Shown here: in pieces, positions 33,322 through 45,500 of the stretch
Layout of the letters: every line of letters starts with the position of its first letter
How positions within the stretch are numbered: position 1 is the first letter of the stretch
Assembly: GCF_001194135.2 (NCBI RefSeq)
Contig: NC_068981.1
Coordinates: forward strand, 53,251,309-53,315,308
From: Octopus bimaculoides
Lineage: Eukaryota
Direction: 5' to 3'
DNA length: 64,000 nucleotides
Program-made: the position numbers and the translations under genes
The notes under the pieces: generated by a model
Databases searched by the model: none
What the model was told of the DNA's origin: nothing
Seen by the model: only the letters and a program-made list of their open reading frames with translations

Positions 33322-35899
33322 CATCGTCATCATCATCAGTCTGTGTTTGTACCCACCCCTATCACTTGGCAACTGATGCTGGTTTACATCCCCATAACTT
33401 AGCAGTTCGACAAAAAAGACTGACAGTATAAGTTCTAGGCTTACAAAGAGTAAGTCCTGGGGTTGATTTATTCAATTAAAAGCAGTGCTCCAGCATGGCT
33501 GCTGTCAAATGACTGAAACAAATAAAAGAATATATATATTTATGTGTGTGTGTGTGTATATAAATTGTATATTTATAATATATATTTTATTTATATATAG
33601 ATATATCTGTGTGTGTGTGTATATATATAATTTTTCATAGAAAACCATGTAATCGTTACCAATATAGCAGGAGATTTCACCGCAAAAATGTCTAAATTAG
33701 ACTCCTTAGGGATCGTTCTCCTTGTTTATATATCCAAAGTTTTAAATTTAAATTTAAAACTTTGGATATATACACACACACACACACGAGAGAGAGAGAG
33801 AGAGAGAGAGTTGTGAGACTTTATGAGAAAATACAAAGATGAAGCATTGCAGTGGAACTTTTGATCTCAGAAGATACTTGTTTTTCTGAGTTTATATAGG
33901 AATGGAATGAATCACAAATTCCAATAGCCTTGTTTCCCTTATTCTCTATTCCTCCTCATCCTTCATTTACATGCTTTTCTTTTATCCCTTATATTTCTGA
34001 CTCAAAGGGGCCTTATCTAAATAGTTTGGTATGCTGCATACCATGGATATTGTTGAATGAGTCATAACATGAACTTGCTTGCTATGCAGTTGATTGTAAT
34101 CATTTCCCAGGAATTCTTTTACTTGAAGTATTTAACGATTTATTGAGGCACCTTATTAAAATAAGGGAACAAATGTCCATTATTTATTAAGGATAGACTG
34201 GATGCTACTTATAAGTTGCCCTGATAATTGCTGCAACTGAAGTTGTCTTAGGATTGGGATATTCAACTTTTTAAGAAAAAAGGTAAATATTTATTTGAAA
34301 TCCTCATGTATAAAATATTTCATTTATGCCAAATACTTTACTTGTTGATATAGTGATGCTTATTGAGTCTGTTCTTCCAAATGTGCATTTAATTCCATTT
34401 ATTTAATTTTGTATTATACTTCTTAAGAGTATTATTTCTGAATGATTGGTTATTTAGCAGTTTTAGATTTCAGAATAGCATAGTTTTCAGTCTCCTAGCA
34501 GTTACACTTAAAGACAAAAGATTCCAACAGGGAAATATATATACTTTTATTGAACTGCTAGAAATAGCAGCCGAAACTCTCTCAACTCACATCCTATCAC
34601 CTTAAATGAACATATTGCAAAATATAGTCAAGGATATACAAATGGATGGGTTGGGATGGTCACAACTGGAATGACTCCAACAATAGGTTTACTCAATCTT
34701 GGTTACATTAGAACTACATACCAACAACTTAATGTTTTATCTAAAGAAATTTCATTTAAAAAGATTAATTATAGAATTTTTATTGTTAATAATGTAGACT
34801 ATTAATTTTTTAGATAATAAATAAATAAAAGACCAAAATTATTGAAATATTTTTACAGTAACATTTGTTTATCTGTATTTTAATTCCCGATAAATGTTTA
34901 TCTCCCTATGTTATATAAAAACATAACTTTTGTTAATTTTATATTTTATTCTAATTTAAGATAAATTATTATTTTTACAAACATAGCATCTTTATTAATA
35001 TATCAGAATTCAATAAATAAGCAGGCTTTGCTTGAAGTTTAACATTTTTGTTACCAACTTGAGACCAACCCTAGTTCTATTTCACATTTTATAATTTAAA
35101 ATGATTTAAATTAAGACCTTCCATCAAAAGTTAATGTTAATTTATGTTCTAAATATCAGTTCCATAATGACAAAGTTATTTTTAAAAATTATTCATTAAT
35201 TTCGAAATTAATTGAAGCAAAGTCAATATATTTCAATAGATATGGTAAGAAAAATGGTTAAAGATGACAATGCAAGACAATATTAGGTTTATTAAAAATA
35301 TATTTGTTTAAAATATTCAATGAATGAAATCAATCAAGAGAAGGGAAGATGCACTTTTTTATTTTTAAATCTATCAAAAAAAAAAAAAAAAAAATTGCCC
35401 TGCATGTGGCTGTATTACGGAACAGGTACTGAAGACTGTAGGCTAGGGAGTTGGATAAGCTGTTCAGCACAGAAATTGTTATTCATAATAAAATATAGAA
35501 AATTAGTCAAATTATCAAAGACTTTTAGCTCAAATTTATGGAAAATTGCATATAGTGCATCAGCAGTTTTGTGGAGAGGACACATCATCTCTGTACTTTC
35601 TTCTCCATTATATAATATCCCCACCTGATATATGTCTTATATTATTTAATGACTGTGTTACCTTTAAGAAATGCTTGTTACCGAAATGAAAAATGCTCCT
35701 AGAAAAATGAAAGGTGTGTTAATGAACTTTGCTCCACCTGTCAGTTATTAGTGTTGAATGGCTGGCAACAAAACCATAGCAACATCCTGATAGCCAGTTG
35801 CAGGAACACCAAACATCGCCACCAGGAATACACATTACATATCCTGGATGGCAACTTTCCTGACCAAAATATTAACAGTTATACAGATAATCTGAAAGA

Positions 35900-37200
35900 A
35901 GATGAAGTTGAGATAAGATACTCCTAAAATGTATTTTATTTATAAATTTCCCACAGAGTTCAAACCCATGGCAAAAAAACCAAAAAGGCATGGTATAACA
36001 TTAAATTTAAGTTACATGTTGCAGTATATGCCAAGTAACATGGCAATAGGGCAGTTGCTTTGGTCTGCCACCAACTAATAAAAATGGTAAGTACTTGGAG
36101 GAGCCAAAAAAATCAACTGAAAACTACTAGATATAACAAACACTGTCTTTATAGGGAAATTGAAAGTGGCCTGAATTAGAAGCATTAAAAACATAGGTGT
36201 TTGACTGTAGAAACTTTTGCTTTTCAGTATCCATTAAAATAATTATGCACCATTCAAAACTTATAGAAATGGACAGAGATATCAATGATTTTTAGAGTGT
36301 CAGCATAATGCAGTTTCAAATTTATAAGGAAAAATAACCTTTGTATGAAGATTAGAACAAGAATATAAGATAAAATAATTAAGGTTTCTCAAGTGTGTGA
36401 TTAAAGCAATAAAAGTTAATTTTGAACTTTCACAGACATGGATGAAATATCATTGTTATTTGATGTATCATCAAACGAGACCGAAGAATCTTAGGGTGCT
36501 ACATTTGTGATTAAGACACACTAACACAGTTACATTAGTATGCCACACTGATGGCACAAAACTATCACTGTTCTTAATTTCTAAAAGAAACACAATGCCT
36601 AAAGAAAGAGTATCCAATGACACTTATGTTCATGTCTATCCAAAAAGCTGGATTCATGGGGAAGGAATGAAACTGTTGTTTGATCAGGCATTCTAATGGG
36701 CTATTAAAGAAACCTGCCAAATTAGTTTAGGACCAACTGAGCATGGTAAGAGGAATGTTGAAGAATGGAAGATCCAGTTAATTATAATTTCTTGAGACTT
36801 AACCACTCACTTACAGCTTTTAGGTGTTTCGACTGACAAACCATTTAGGATGAGTGGAGCATGTGGACGCAGTCTTCAGATTTTGAAGTGATACCAACAG
36901 GGTGAAGGAAGAGGCCTTTACTACACTGGTCTGTGACTGGGTACAAAGTTCATGGAATGTTGTAAAGGAAGAGGTAGTTGTGACATCATATCAAAAATGT
37001 GGCATAAGTAACAACCTTGATGGTTCTGTGAAGGATCTATTCTTTGAAATAGTTATTGATGAGCCAGTTCCTATTGCAGAGAGTTTCAGTATTGGAGAAA
37101 GTAAGGATATGGATGCCTACAGTGAAAATGAGATTTCAAGGTTTGAGGATGCTGATTTACCTTATAAAGATGATTATTTTCTAGGTTTTGCGAATGATTA
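35900..37200 (+). mobile_element. pogo/Tigger-like DDE transposase remnant
   Basis: DMDEISLLFD; CHTDGTKL; degenerate LQ.LDVSVNKPF at about 36815-36850; CDWVQSSWNVVKEEVVVTSYQKCGISNNLDGS (ORF 36902..37201). Confidence 0.8.
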
Positions 37201-39017
37201 AATAAACTTTTAAGATATATTTTACTTGTTTCAGTCATTAGACTGTGACCATGTATAATAGTCTTTGCTATGAAAATTAGTAATAAGATAGGCAGTAGCA
37301 TACAATGATAGAGTATGCCAAAAAAATTTTCAGCTGATTAGGATCCACTACTATTTTCTTTATATATATATCTACATTTTTTCTATTATTTATTGAGGAA
37401 GTTACAAACATTTAAGCATAAGACAAAACTTCTATAATTTTTTTAAAAAGAGACTGTTTTTATCGAAAGGCTATAAAAGTAAAAGGATGTAAAAAATAAA
37501 CTATAAAAATACTATAAAACGAAATTGGGAACGTCTTTCTTTACCAGTTCAAAAAAATCTAAAGTAAATTAAATTTAAAACCAAAAGATTAAGCATCTAA
37601 AGTAATTTATCAAATGACTATGACTAAAGAAATATACTTAATTAGTTATATATCCTTTCCTTTAACATGAATGCTTCATTCAATTAATTAATTGAATAAA
37701 ATTATGATAAAAAGTCCCTAAAGTAATAAAATATTTTTCTATGAATAGAAAGAAAAATTATCCTAATATTACCTCATCTTTAAGATATGACTATTGCTGA
37801 AAAGAAGATGAGGAAAGTGGAGATGAAGAGTTGATATACAAAACCTTTAGTTCCAACTACAACTCATCGATTTATGACATCATGAGTTCTGGCCCCCACC
37901 GTTCTATTTGTTATTAGTTTCATCATTATATTTCTTACATTGATTGAAAGCACACAACACATATGGCTACTGTGAATCATCAGCTGACTTTTTAATACCC
38001 CACATTTTTAAAGTTTGTGTTCAAAGACTATAGCTATGCCATTTTGGTTTTTTATTCATTTTTATCAAAGAAGTTACATACACTTATGCTCAAGGCAAAA
38101 CATATAAAATCTTTTTTTTAAAAAAAGGTTGATTTTACCAAAAAGCTATGAAAGTAAAGAGAACATAAAATAAATAAACAAAAAAAAAATACTATGAAAG
38201 AAAATCAGGAATATCTTTGTTTAGTAGTTAAAAAATGTGAAGTACATTAAAGCAAAAACTAAAAGACTGAACATCTTAAGCAGCATTTTAATAGAAACAA
38301 AGTCAATTAAATACTCAACCTTTCCTTTTCAAGATTAAAGCATTGCTTGGTTAATTAATTTACATAAATGCAACATGAAAAATTACACTAACTTTTTTGT
38401 TATATTTCTGTTGAAATTCAGTTTCAGTTAATTTTTAAGATAATGAAGAATTTAGTAAAATAAATTTGTTATTATTAAGTTGGTGTTTGGAATATAAATG
38501 AACACGAAGGAGCAATCTCAGGCAAGTTGATATCAATGGCGGTTATATGAAATAAATATTATAATTGATAAGTTTATTCTTACAAAATTTTTTGAAAAAC
38601 TATTGTATCTAGAGAACTGGAGTTACATCAAAATCCAAAATTTACTAACATCTTGTTCTTAGAAACAGTATTGCTTCTACCAGGTTCTCTTTCATAGAAA
38701 CCCTTCTGAAATTGGTAATTTTAATGCATTATGTCACAATTTACATTTAATCAGTAAATTGCACACACTGTATTGCTAACATAACAGATTTGGCAGTTAT
38801 GAATTTCATTATCTTTTAAACCTAAACGAATAATATTTAACATGAATTTCCTATCCAAGTATATAAAAAGTTAGGCTACTACCAACTATCTACAGCCACA
38901 GCTAAGAGGCCTCCATCAATTCATTTTTCTAAGTTTTATAATCTGGTACACAAACTAAAACTATAAGACACAACTAAATTACAAAAAGCATGCAACAGCA
39001 ACAAATAATGAAAAAGA

Positions 39018-39109
39018 GCCTGGTGTTGCCATCCGGTTTCACCAGTCCTCAGTCAAATCGTCCAACCCATGCTAGCATGGAAAGCAGATGTTAAACGATG
39101 ATGATGATG
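39018..39109 (+). mobile_element. Short RTE 3'-end copy, plus orientation
   Basis: ...tcaaatcgtccaacccatgctagcatggaaagcagatgttaaacgatgatgat. Confidence 0.85.
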
Positions 39110-39434
39110 GTAAGTGTATGATTTAGATTACCATATTTGATTGCATATAAGACTCTTCTCCTTTTCCAAAAAGTTGCCTCAAAAAATCATCCTAGGTCCT
39201 ATATGCAGAGTTGGGTCCCATAAGCTTTAATGCACTTAAAACATTTTCTCCTGAAATTGTGAGGTATCTTCAATGCTATCAAATACGATAATTTGCTTTT
39301 CTTTTTTGGAAAATGTTCAACTTTTATTTTTTCTGTTTTAAAACTCAAATTTGTTTTTGTGATTTTTAAAAAAAATTTTCAAATTTAATAGCGATCAACT
39401 GTTCCATTTATCTTGCGGCAACTTTTGGTGGCTG

Positions 39435-39563
39435 ATGTCTCATATTGATACTGGTGATATCATCAATGGATCCAAAGGCCAGAGATGGAAGTTGCTACAA
39501 CAGCTGGGGCTAGGAAAATGCTGCAATGTTTATAAAGCCGTTCTTCTAGATGGAGATTGTCAG
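39435..39563 (+). CDS. UHMK1: UHMK1 coding exon 1: MSHIDTGDIINGSKGQRWKLLQQLGLGKCCNVYKAVLLDGDCQ
   Basis: Kinase subdomain I; donor CAG|gtacct. A probable upstream acceptor lies at 39390-39391 and the frame is open back to it, so the start Met is not certain. Confidence 0.85.
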
Positions 39564-42500
39564 GTACCTTATCCCTATTGGCGAAATCATATCTTTTGAT
39601 AAGTTTTTAATTGTAATTTCTTTTAACTTATTGTTTAAAAATTTTTTAAACAAATTTTAATTTATTTGATGATCTTAAATTCACAGTAAACTATTAAAGT
39701 TAAAATTTGGTGATTATTAAAGATTTTCTGGAAATATTTCGCAGTATAAGAATTGAAATGTCTTTATCTCTAAAAGTTGTATGTATGTGTGTGGGTTTGT
39801 GTACATAAAACCCTGTGCATTCTTTTCATATTCTTTGTCATCAGAAATGGTGACAACTTTTTGTTGGCACAATGAATAAAATATTTCTATTTCTAGGCTT
39901 CAGTGGGGCAGATTCCCTTCAAATTTTTTCAGGCTGGGGCATATGACTAAGAGCACATTGATCAAAACATTTTAACTACATCATGTAGCTTACTCAAAAA
40001 ACAAGAAATACACAAGCAGGCAAACAAAATTTGAATTTTAGTATTATACAGATAAATAAGAATTACTGAATTTAGCAAGTAATCAACTGATTTTTATACT
40101 TCTTAATATGTTCAAAGCTTAACAGTAAATTATGATTAGATAAAGAAAACAATACTAACTTCATATGAGATTATAATAGGATTAAACAATAACATAGAAT
40201 CACTAATTATACTACATTGTAATACAACCTTAATTGTATTTTTTTTAAAGGTTATAATATATACTGAGTGATGTAGGAAAGCTTTACTGTACCAAGCTTA
40301 AATGTCATATTAACTATTTTTTATTCTTTCTGTGGGTATTTGATTATTATAATTAAGAACAGACTTGTATAGATAAGACATTATGTTAAAATATAACTAA
40401 AATTAATGTGTAACTTTCTAAATTCTTCTCCTTCAGTTGCTAATTTTACCATTTTTCCTTTCAATTATTCACTTGCTTGATGAAATGTTTAAAATTTTAA
40501 TTTGAAAGTACAACCTCTATATTACTGTTGTAGTTTGTGTGTGTGTGTGTGTGGGNNNNNNNNNNNNNNNNNNNNNNNNNNNNNNNNNGTGTCATTTATA
40601 AAATTATTTCAAGTTCTATTTTTTTTTTTTGAAATGTCCTAGGCTGCTGTGAAAGTTTACAAGAAAGGTTTGCAGTATGAAGGAGCTCAGCAACGTGAAC
40701 AACTTTTACTACAAATTGTTTTACAAAAGCAGGGATTATGCAAACAACTTGGTATGGTTTAAACATTAAAACTTAAAATAGTTTATGTAAAAGATTTTTA
40801 TGGTGAAAATAATCAAGTTCATTATCTTATATAGTTAAATTTCTCTTATATTTATACTTTTTATTATGAAGAATTTATTTGTTCTAGACTTAAAATTTAA
40901 TTGATTTTCTTTCCTCATAGGATACCCTTTAGTGTTCAGAATATTCTACCAAACATAATATGCTTATTGATTCACATTGATTTGAATTAATCATGCATTA
41001 TCTCATCTTAAAAATCTTGATGGTGTAATTACTTAATGTAGAATAACATTGTAGGGTAGGTGTGAGAGCCTGGATCTGGTCAGTTTGAACATAAAACAGA
41101 TTAAATATTTTGGCCGGATATGGCCAGTTTTTAAATACTAAAGAGTTAAACTTATAGGTTACATGAAACAATCAACAACCTAAATCTACAGGTGCAAACT
41201 AGCATTCAATATTTGTTTCTTTTAAATATACCACAGAGCATATTTAGTACATCCTATTGCTTTGTTATTGTTTTGGTCCACACCTTGCACCAAGTCACCC
41301 CTGATTGAGCAGACCTGTTATCTAAAGCATTCCAGTATATGACCATTTTTTTGTATATCTAAAACTACATTATCCAATGTGCCCTTTCTTTTTTAAGATT
41401 AGGTTGTGACTTGAGGGAGATTGTCTGATATTTCTAGCTGGCTGAGCACCAATGAGAGGCTCATTTGTTGACTCAGTAGAAATGGTAGACATTAGACTCT
41501 GTCTTTTGCAGCATTTAGTTTACTCAATCTCAGTCTCCTGGAAAAATGCTGCTAAGACAGTCAGTTAACTTCCAATCTTTCTGCAATAATAGAATTAGTA
41601 CCAGTAACATACTAGGATCAATTCAGTTGACTACAGATCGCCTACAAAAACAAAACAAATGGCTATAGGCTTCTCTAAGAGAACAGTAATAGAAATGATG
41701 TTATTAATGATGTTGTAAGGCGGTGAGCTGGCAGAATCATTAGCACACTAGGTGAAATGCTAAGCAGTATTTCATCTGTCTTTATGTTCTGAGTTCAAAT
41801 GCTGCCGGGGTTGACTTTGTCTTTCATCCTTTCACCCCTTGTGTCTATAGTAGAAAGGGTTGTTAATGATGTTGTAATTGACTTTCTAAACAAATCTTTT
41901 GCAGTTGAAGTAATTGACAGTTTTCAAATAAATGGTCATAGTATATTGGTTGAAGAACTGCTGGAGTTGAATCTTTACCAAATAAAATGTTTAACAGAGT
42001 TGAAAACGTTCTCATTTTACATGATACAAATGTTTATAAAAGATGTTTTGATGTAAGTGTTTCATTTTCGTTTTGTTTGTTTTTTTCCTTTCATTCCTAG
42101 ATATTATTTATTATTCAGTATCCAACTGATTTATTTTGTCTTTTCTAAAAGTGATAACATTTTATTATAAATCTTTGTGTATATTTGCTATTTTACTGTC
42201 TCTTTACAATATGACCTGATGTTTTGACTCTCATTCCTACAGAAGTGACTGGTTGTCCTTGGACATGAAGTGAGTGTGTGTATGTCAGTGTGTGTGTGTG
42301 TGTGTGTGTGTGCATTAATCTTTAAAAGGAGGGAGAGGGATCAAAATTGGTTAGTATTACTAGAAGATGGAGAATATTATCATATACATCTGGTTTCAGT
42401 TTTATGTCCATTCTTCCATGCTTGCATGGTTTGCATGAATATATTAACAAGACATTGTCTTAGAGCTGGATGCCTTTCTTGGTACTAACTTTTATCTGTT

Positions 42501-45500
42501 TTTCATGTAAGGGATCTCTTATTCCATGCTACTTTGAAGGTACTGGACTGCAGTCATGCTGGGGCCTTAAGATTTTAGTTACCTACAGTAGTTATTTCAG
42601 TCCAGTACTTATAGTATAGATTTGTGTGTGCCCATTTGTTTTACATGTTACATTCAAATTAGCTTTTAATTCACAATAGTTATTAAAATATAACTTTTTA
42701 AATAGAGCCACAGTTTTATTACCTGACCCTGTCTGTATATTTTTTTTTTGTTGCAGATCTCTAAATGCAATTCACACCAATGGATTTGTACATGGTGACT
42801 TGAAACCTTGCAATTTGATGTGGAGTGCACAGAATGGATGTATGAAACTCATAGATTTTGGACTTAGTTTTCACATTAGTGATGAGGTACTTAAATAGTT
42901 ACCTGACTTTTTATTTGCCTCTGCACACTCCCCTCTCCCACCTTTTTTTATCAAGTAACTACATGAGTAATCTTGAGTAGAATGGAAATTGCCCACAACC
43001 CATTTCCACAAGCATGTTTTGATTCTGATATTTATTAACATTTGTTGCTATTGATCTGGAGTGGCATGAACATCAAACTTATTCGTTCCTACAATATTCT
43101 GGAAGAGATCTGTAGAATGCTCTCTCCAAAATATGCTCATTAGCATAACCTAATTGCAGCCATAAGTAAACATATATAGGTGATATGTTATATTATTTGG
43201 CCCAAAATAGAGATGACAGTTTCTATAATTTGGGAGTTAACTAAAGTTATGAACTAGCAGTGTTGTTAAACTGAAATTATTCAAGACAGACAGTGTTTTA
43301 AAAAAAATAATAATGTAGTTGTTTAATCCTAGATTAACTTAGGTCAGGCAGACCATTAATCAATGTGACTAATCTCATCTACATTGTCCAGTATATCCTT
43401 CCTTATTTAAGATTTGAGGAATTTTAGCTGCTATTTCTAACAAGTTTAGTCACCTCAGAAAGAAATTCCTTGTGAACTCATAAAACTAATGTATTTGTAT
43501 GTATGTTGGTGTGTGGTGTCTGTTAGGACTACGTGGCTATAGTTTAGAAAGTTGATTGTTTTAAGTGAGTTGATGTAAATTTGTGACTTACTGCCTGTGT
43601 CATAACATCATTGAAGATTTTATCTTCAAAAGATTAATTAAATAAGGATAGATTGGAGTAGTTTCCTGTGGTCTATGAGAAGACTTGAATTCAATTTGCA
43701 AACAAAGGAATTATCAATTAACACATTGCCCACAATGTTTACGGAAGTGAACTAACTGAGCATTATTATTGTTTATACAGTATCTATTTACAACTACTTG
43801 TATTGTGTTAATAAAACTTAAGTAACTGGCTTTGCTAGGAACATAGTAACTAATAAACTTTACTTACTGTGGTTCAAACTGTATCATCATCATCGTTTAA
43901 CGTCTGCTTTCCATGCTAGCATGGGTTGGACGATTTGATCTGATCTGGCAGAGTTTCTNNNNNNNNNNGTTGGACGATTTGATCTGATCTGGCAGAGTTT
44001 CTACAGCTGGATGCCCTTCCTAATGCCAACAACTCTGAGAGTGTAGTGGGTGCTTTTACGTGCAACTGGCACGAGGGCCAGTCAGGTGGTACTGGCAACG
44101 GCCACGCTCAAATGGAGTTTTTTACATATCACCTGCACAGGATCCAGTCCAGTGGCACTGGCAACGACCTCGCTTAAATGTTTTGTTCACGTGCCACCGG
44201 CACAAGTACCAGTAAGGCGACGCTGGTCGCTGGTAACGATCACGCTCAAATGGTGCTTTTTACATACCACCAGCACGGAAGCCAGACAACTGCTCTGGCA
44301 ATGATCACACTTGGATGGTGCTGTTAGCACTCCACTGGCACGGGTGCCAGTCATCGAATTTAGTTCAATTTTGATTTCGATTTCACTTGCCCCAACAGGT
44401 CTTCACAAGCAGAGTTTAGTGTCCAATGAAAGAAAGGTTGGCATGGGTGCCAGTCATCGAATTTGGTTCGATTTCGATTTCGATTTCACTTGCCTCAACA
44501 TGTCTTTGCAAGCAGAGTTTATTGTCCAATGAAGTAAAGGTATGCATAAGTGGGCTGGCTACACCCCTGGCAAAGGCCATGGGTTATGGTCTCACTTGGC
44601 TTGCCAGGTCTTTTCACGCACGGCATATTTCCAAAGGTCTCGGTCACTAGTCATTGCCTCGGTGAGGCCTAATGTTCAAAGGTCGTGCTTCACCACCTCA
44701 TCCCAGGTCTGCCTGGGTCTACCTCTTCCACAGGTTCCCTCAACCGCTAGGGTGTGGCACTTTTTCACACAGTTATCCTCATCCATTCTTGCCACATGAC
44801 CATACATACCAGTGCAATCGTCTCTCTTGCACACCACAACTGATGCTTCTGAGGTCCAACTTTTCTCTCAATGTACTTACACTCTGTCGAGTATGCCCAC
44901 TGACATTACACATCCAGTGGAGCATACTGGCTTCATTTCTTGCGAGCTTACACATGTCCTCAGCAGTCACAGCTCATGTTTCACTGTCATGGAGCATGGC
45001 TGTCTCATACACATGTGTCACACACTCTGCCTTTTACTCTGAGCGAGAGGCCCTTTGTCACCAGCAGAGGTAAGAGCTCTCTGAACTTTGCCCAGGCTAT
45101 CCTTATTCTAGCAGCTACACTTTCAGCACACCCTCCCCCACTACTGACTTGGTCACCTAGGTAACAGAAGCTATCAACTACTTCTAGTTTTTCTCCCTGG
45201 AATGTGGCCAAAGTTGTTTTCTGCACATTTTCAGTGTTTATTGCTCCTGAGCATCTGCCACATACAAAAACTATCTTCCAAGTTAGCCTTCTTTTGATAT
45301 TGCTGCACCTCTTATGTGTCCATAGCTTACACTGGGTACATCTTATAAAGTTTCTATCTACACCTTTTCTGCAGATCGAGCAGGGCCATCTACCTGAAGG
45401 GGTTTGTGATTTTTCGACCTTCCTACTTATTAGGACTTTGGTTTTAGCTAGGTTGACTCTAAGGCCCTTCAATTTTAATCCTTGTGTACATACATATGTA

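Noticed and set aside
32753-33376. 207, 178 and 125 aa ORFs
   Set aside because: They read through a 362-N assembly gap.
35320-35628. Overlapping 102 aa (+) and 69 aa (-) ORFs
   Set aside because: No recognisable domain or splice context; includes poly-A-derived lysines.
43929-44000. Exact direct repeat gttggacgatttgatctgatctggcagagtttct on both sides of 10 N
   Set aside because: Typical contig-overlap artefact at a minimal gap, not a biological duplication.
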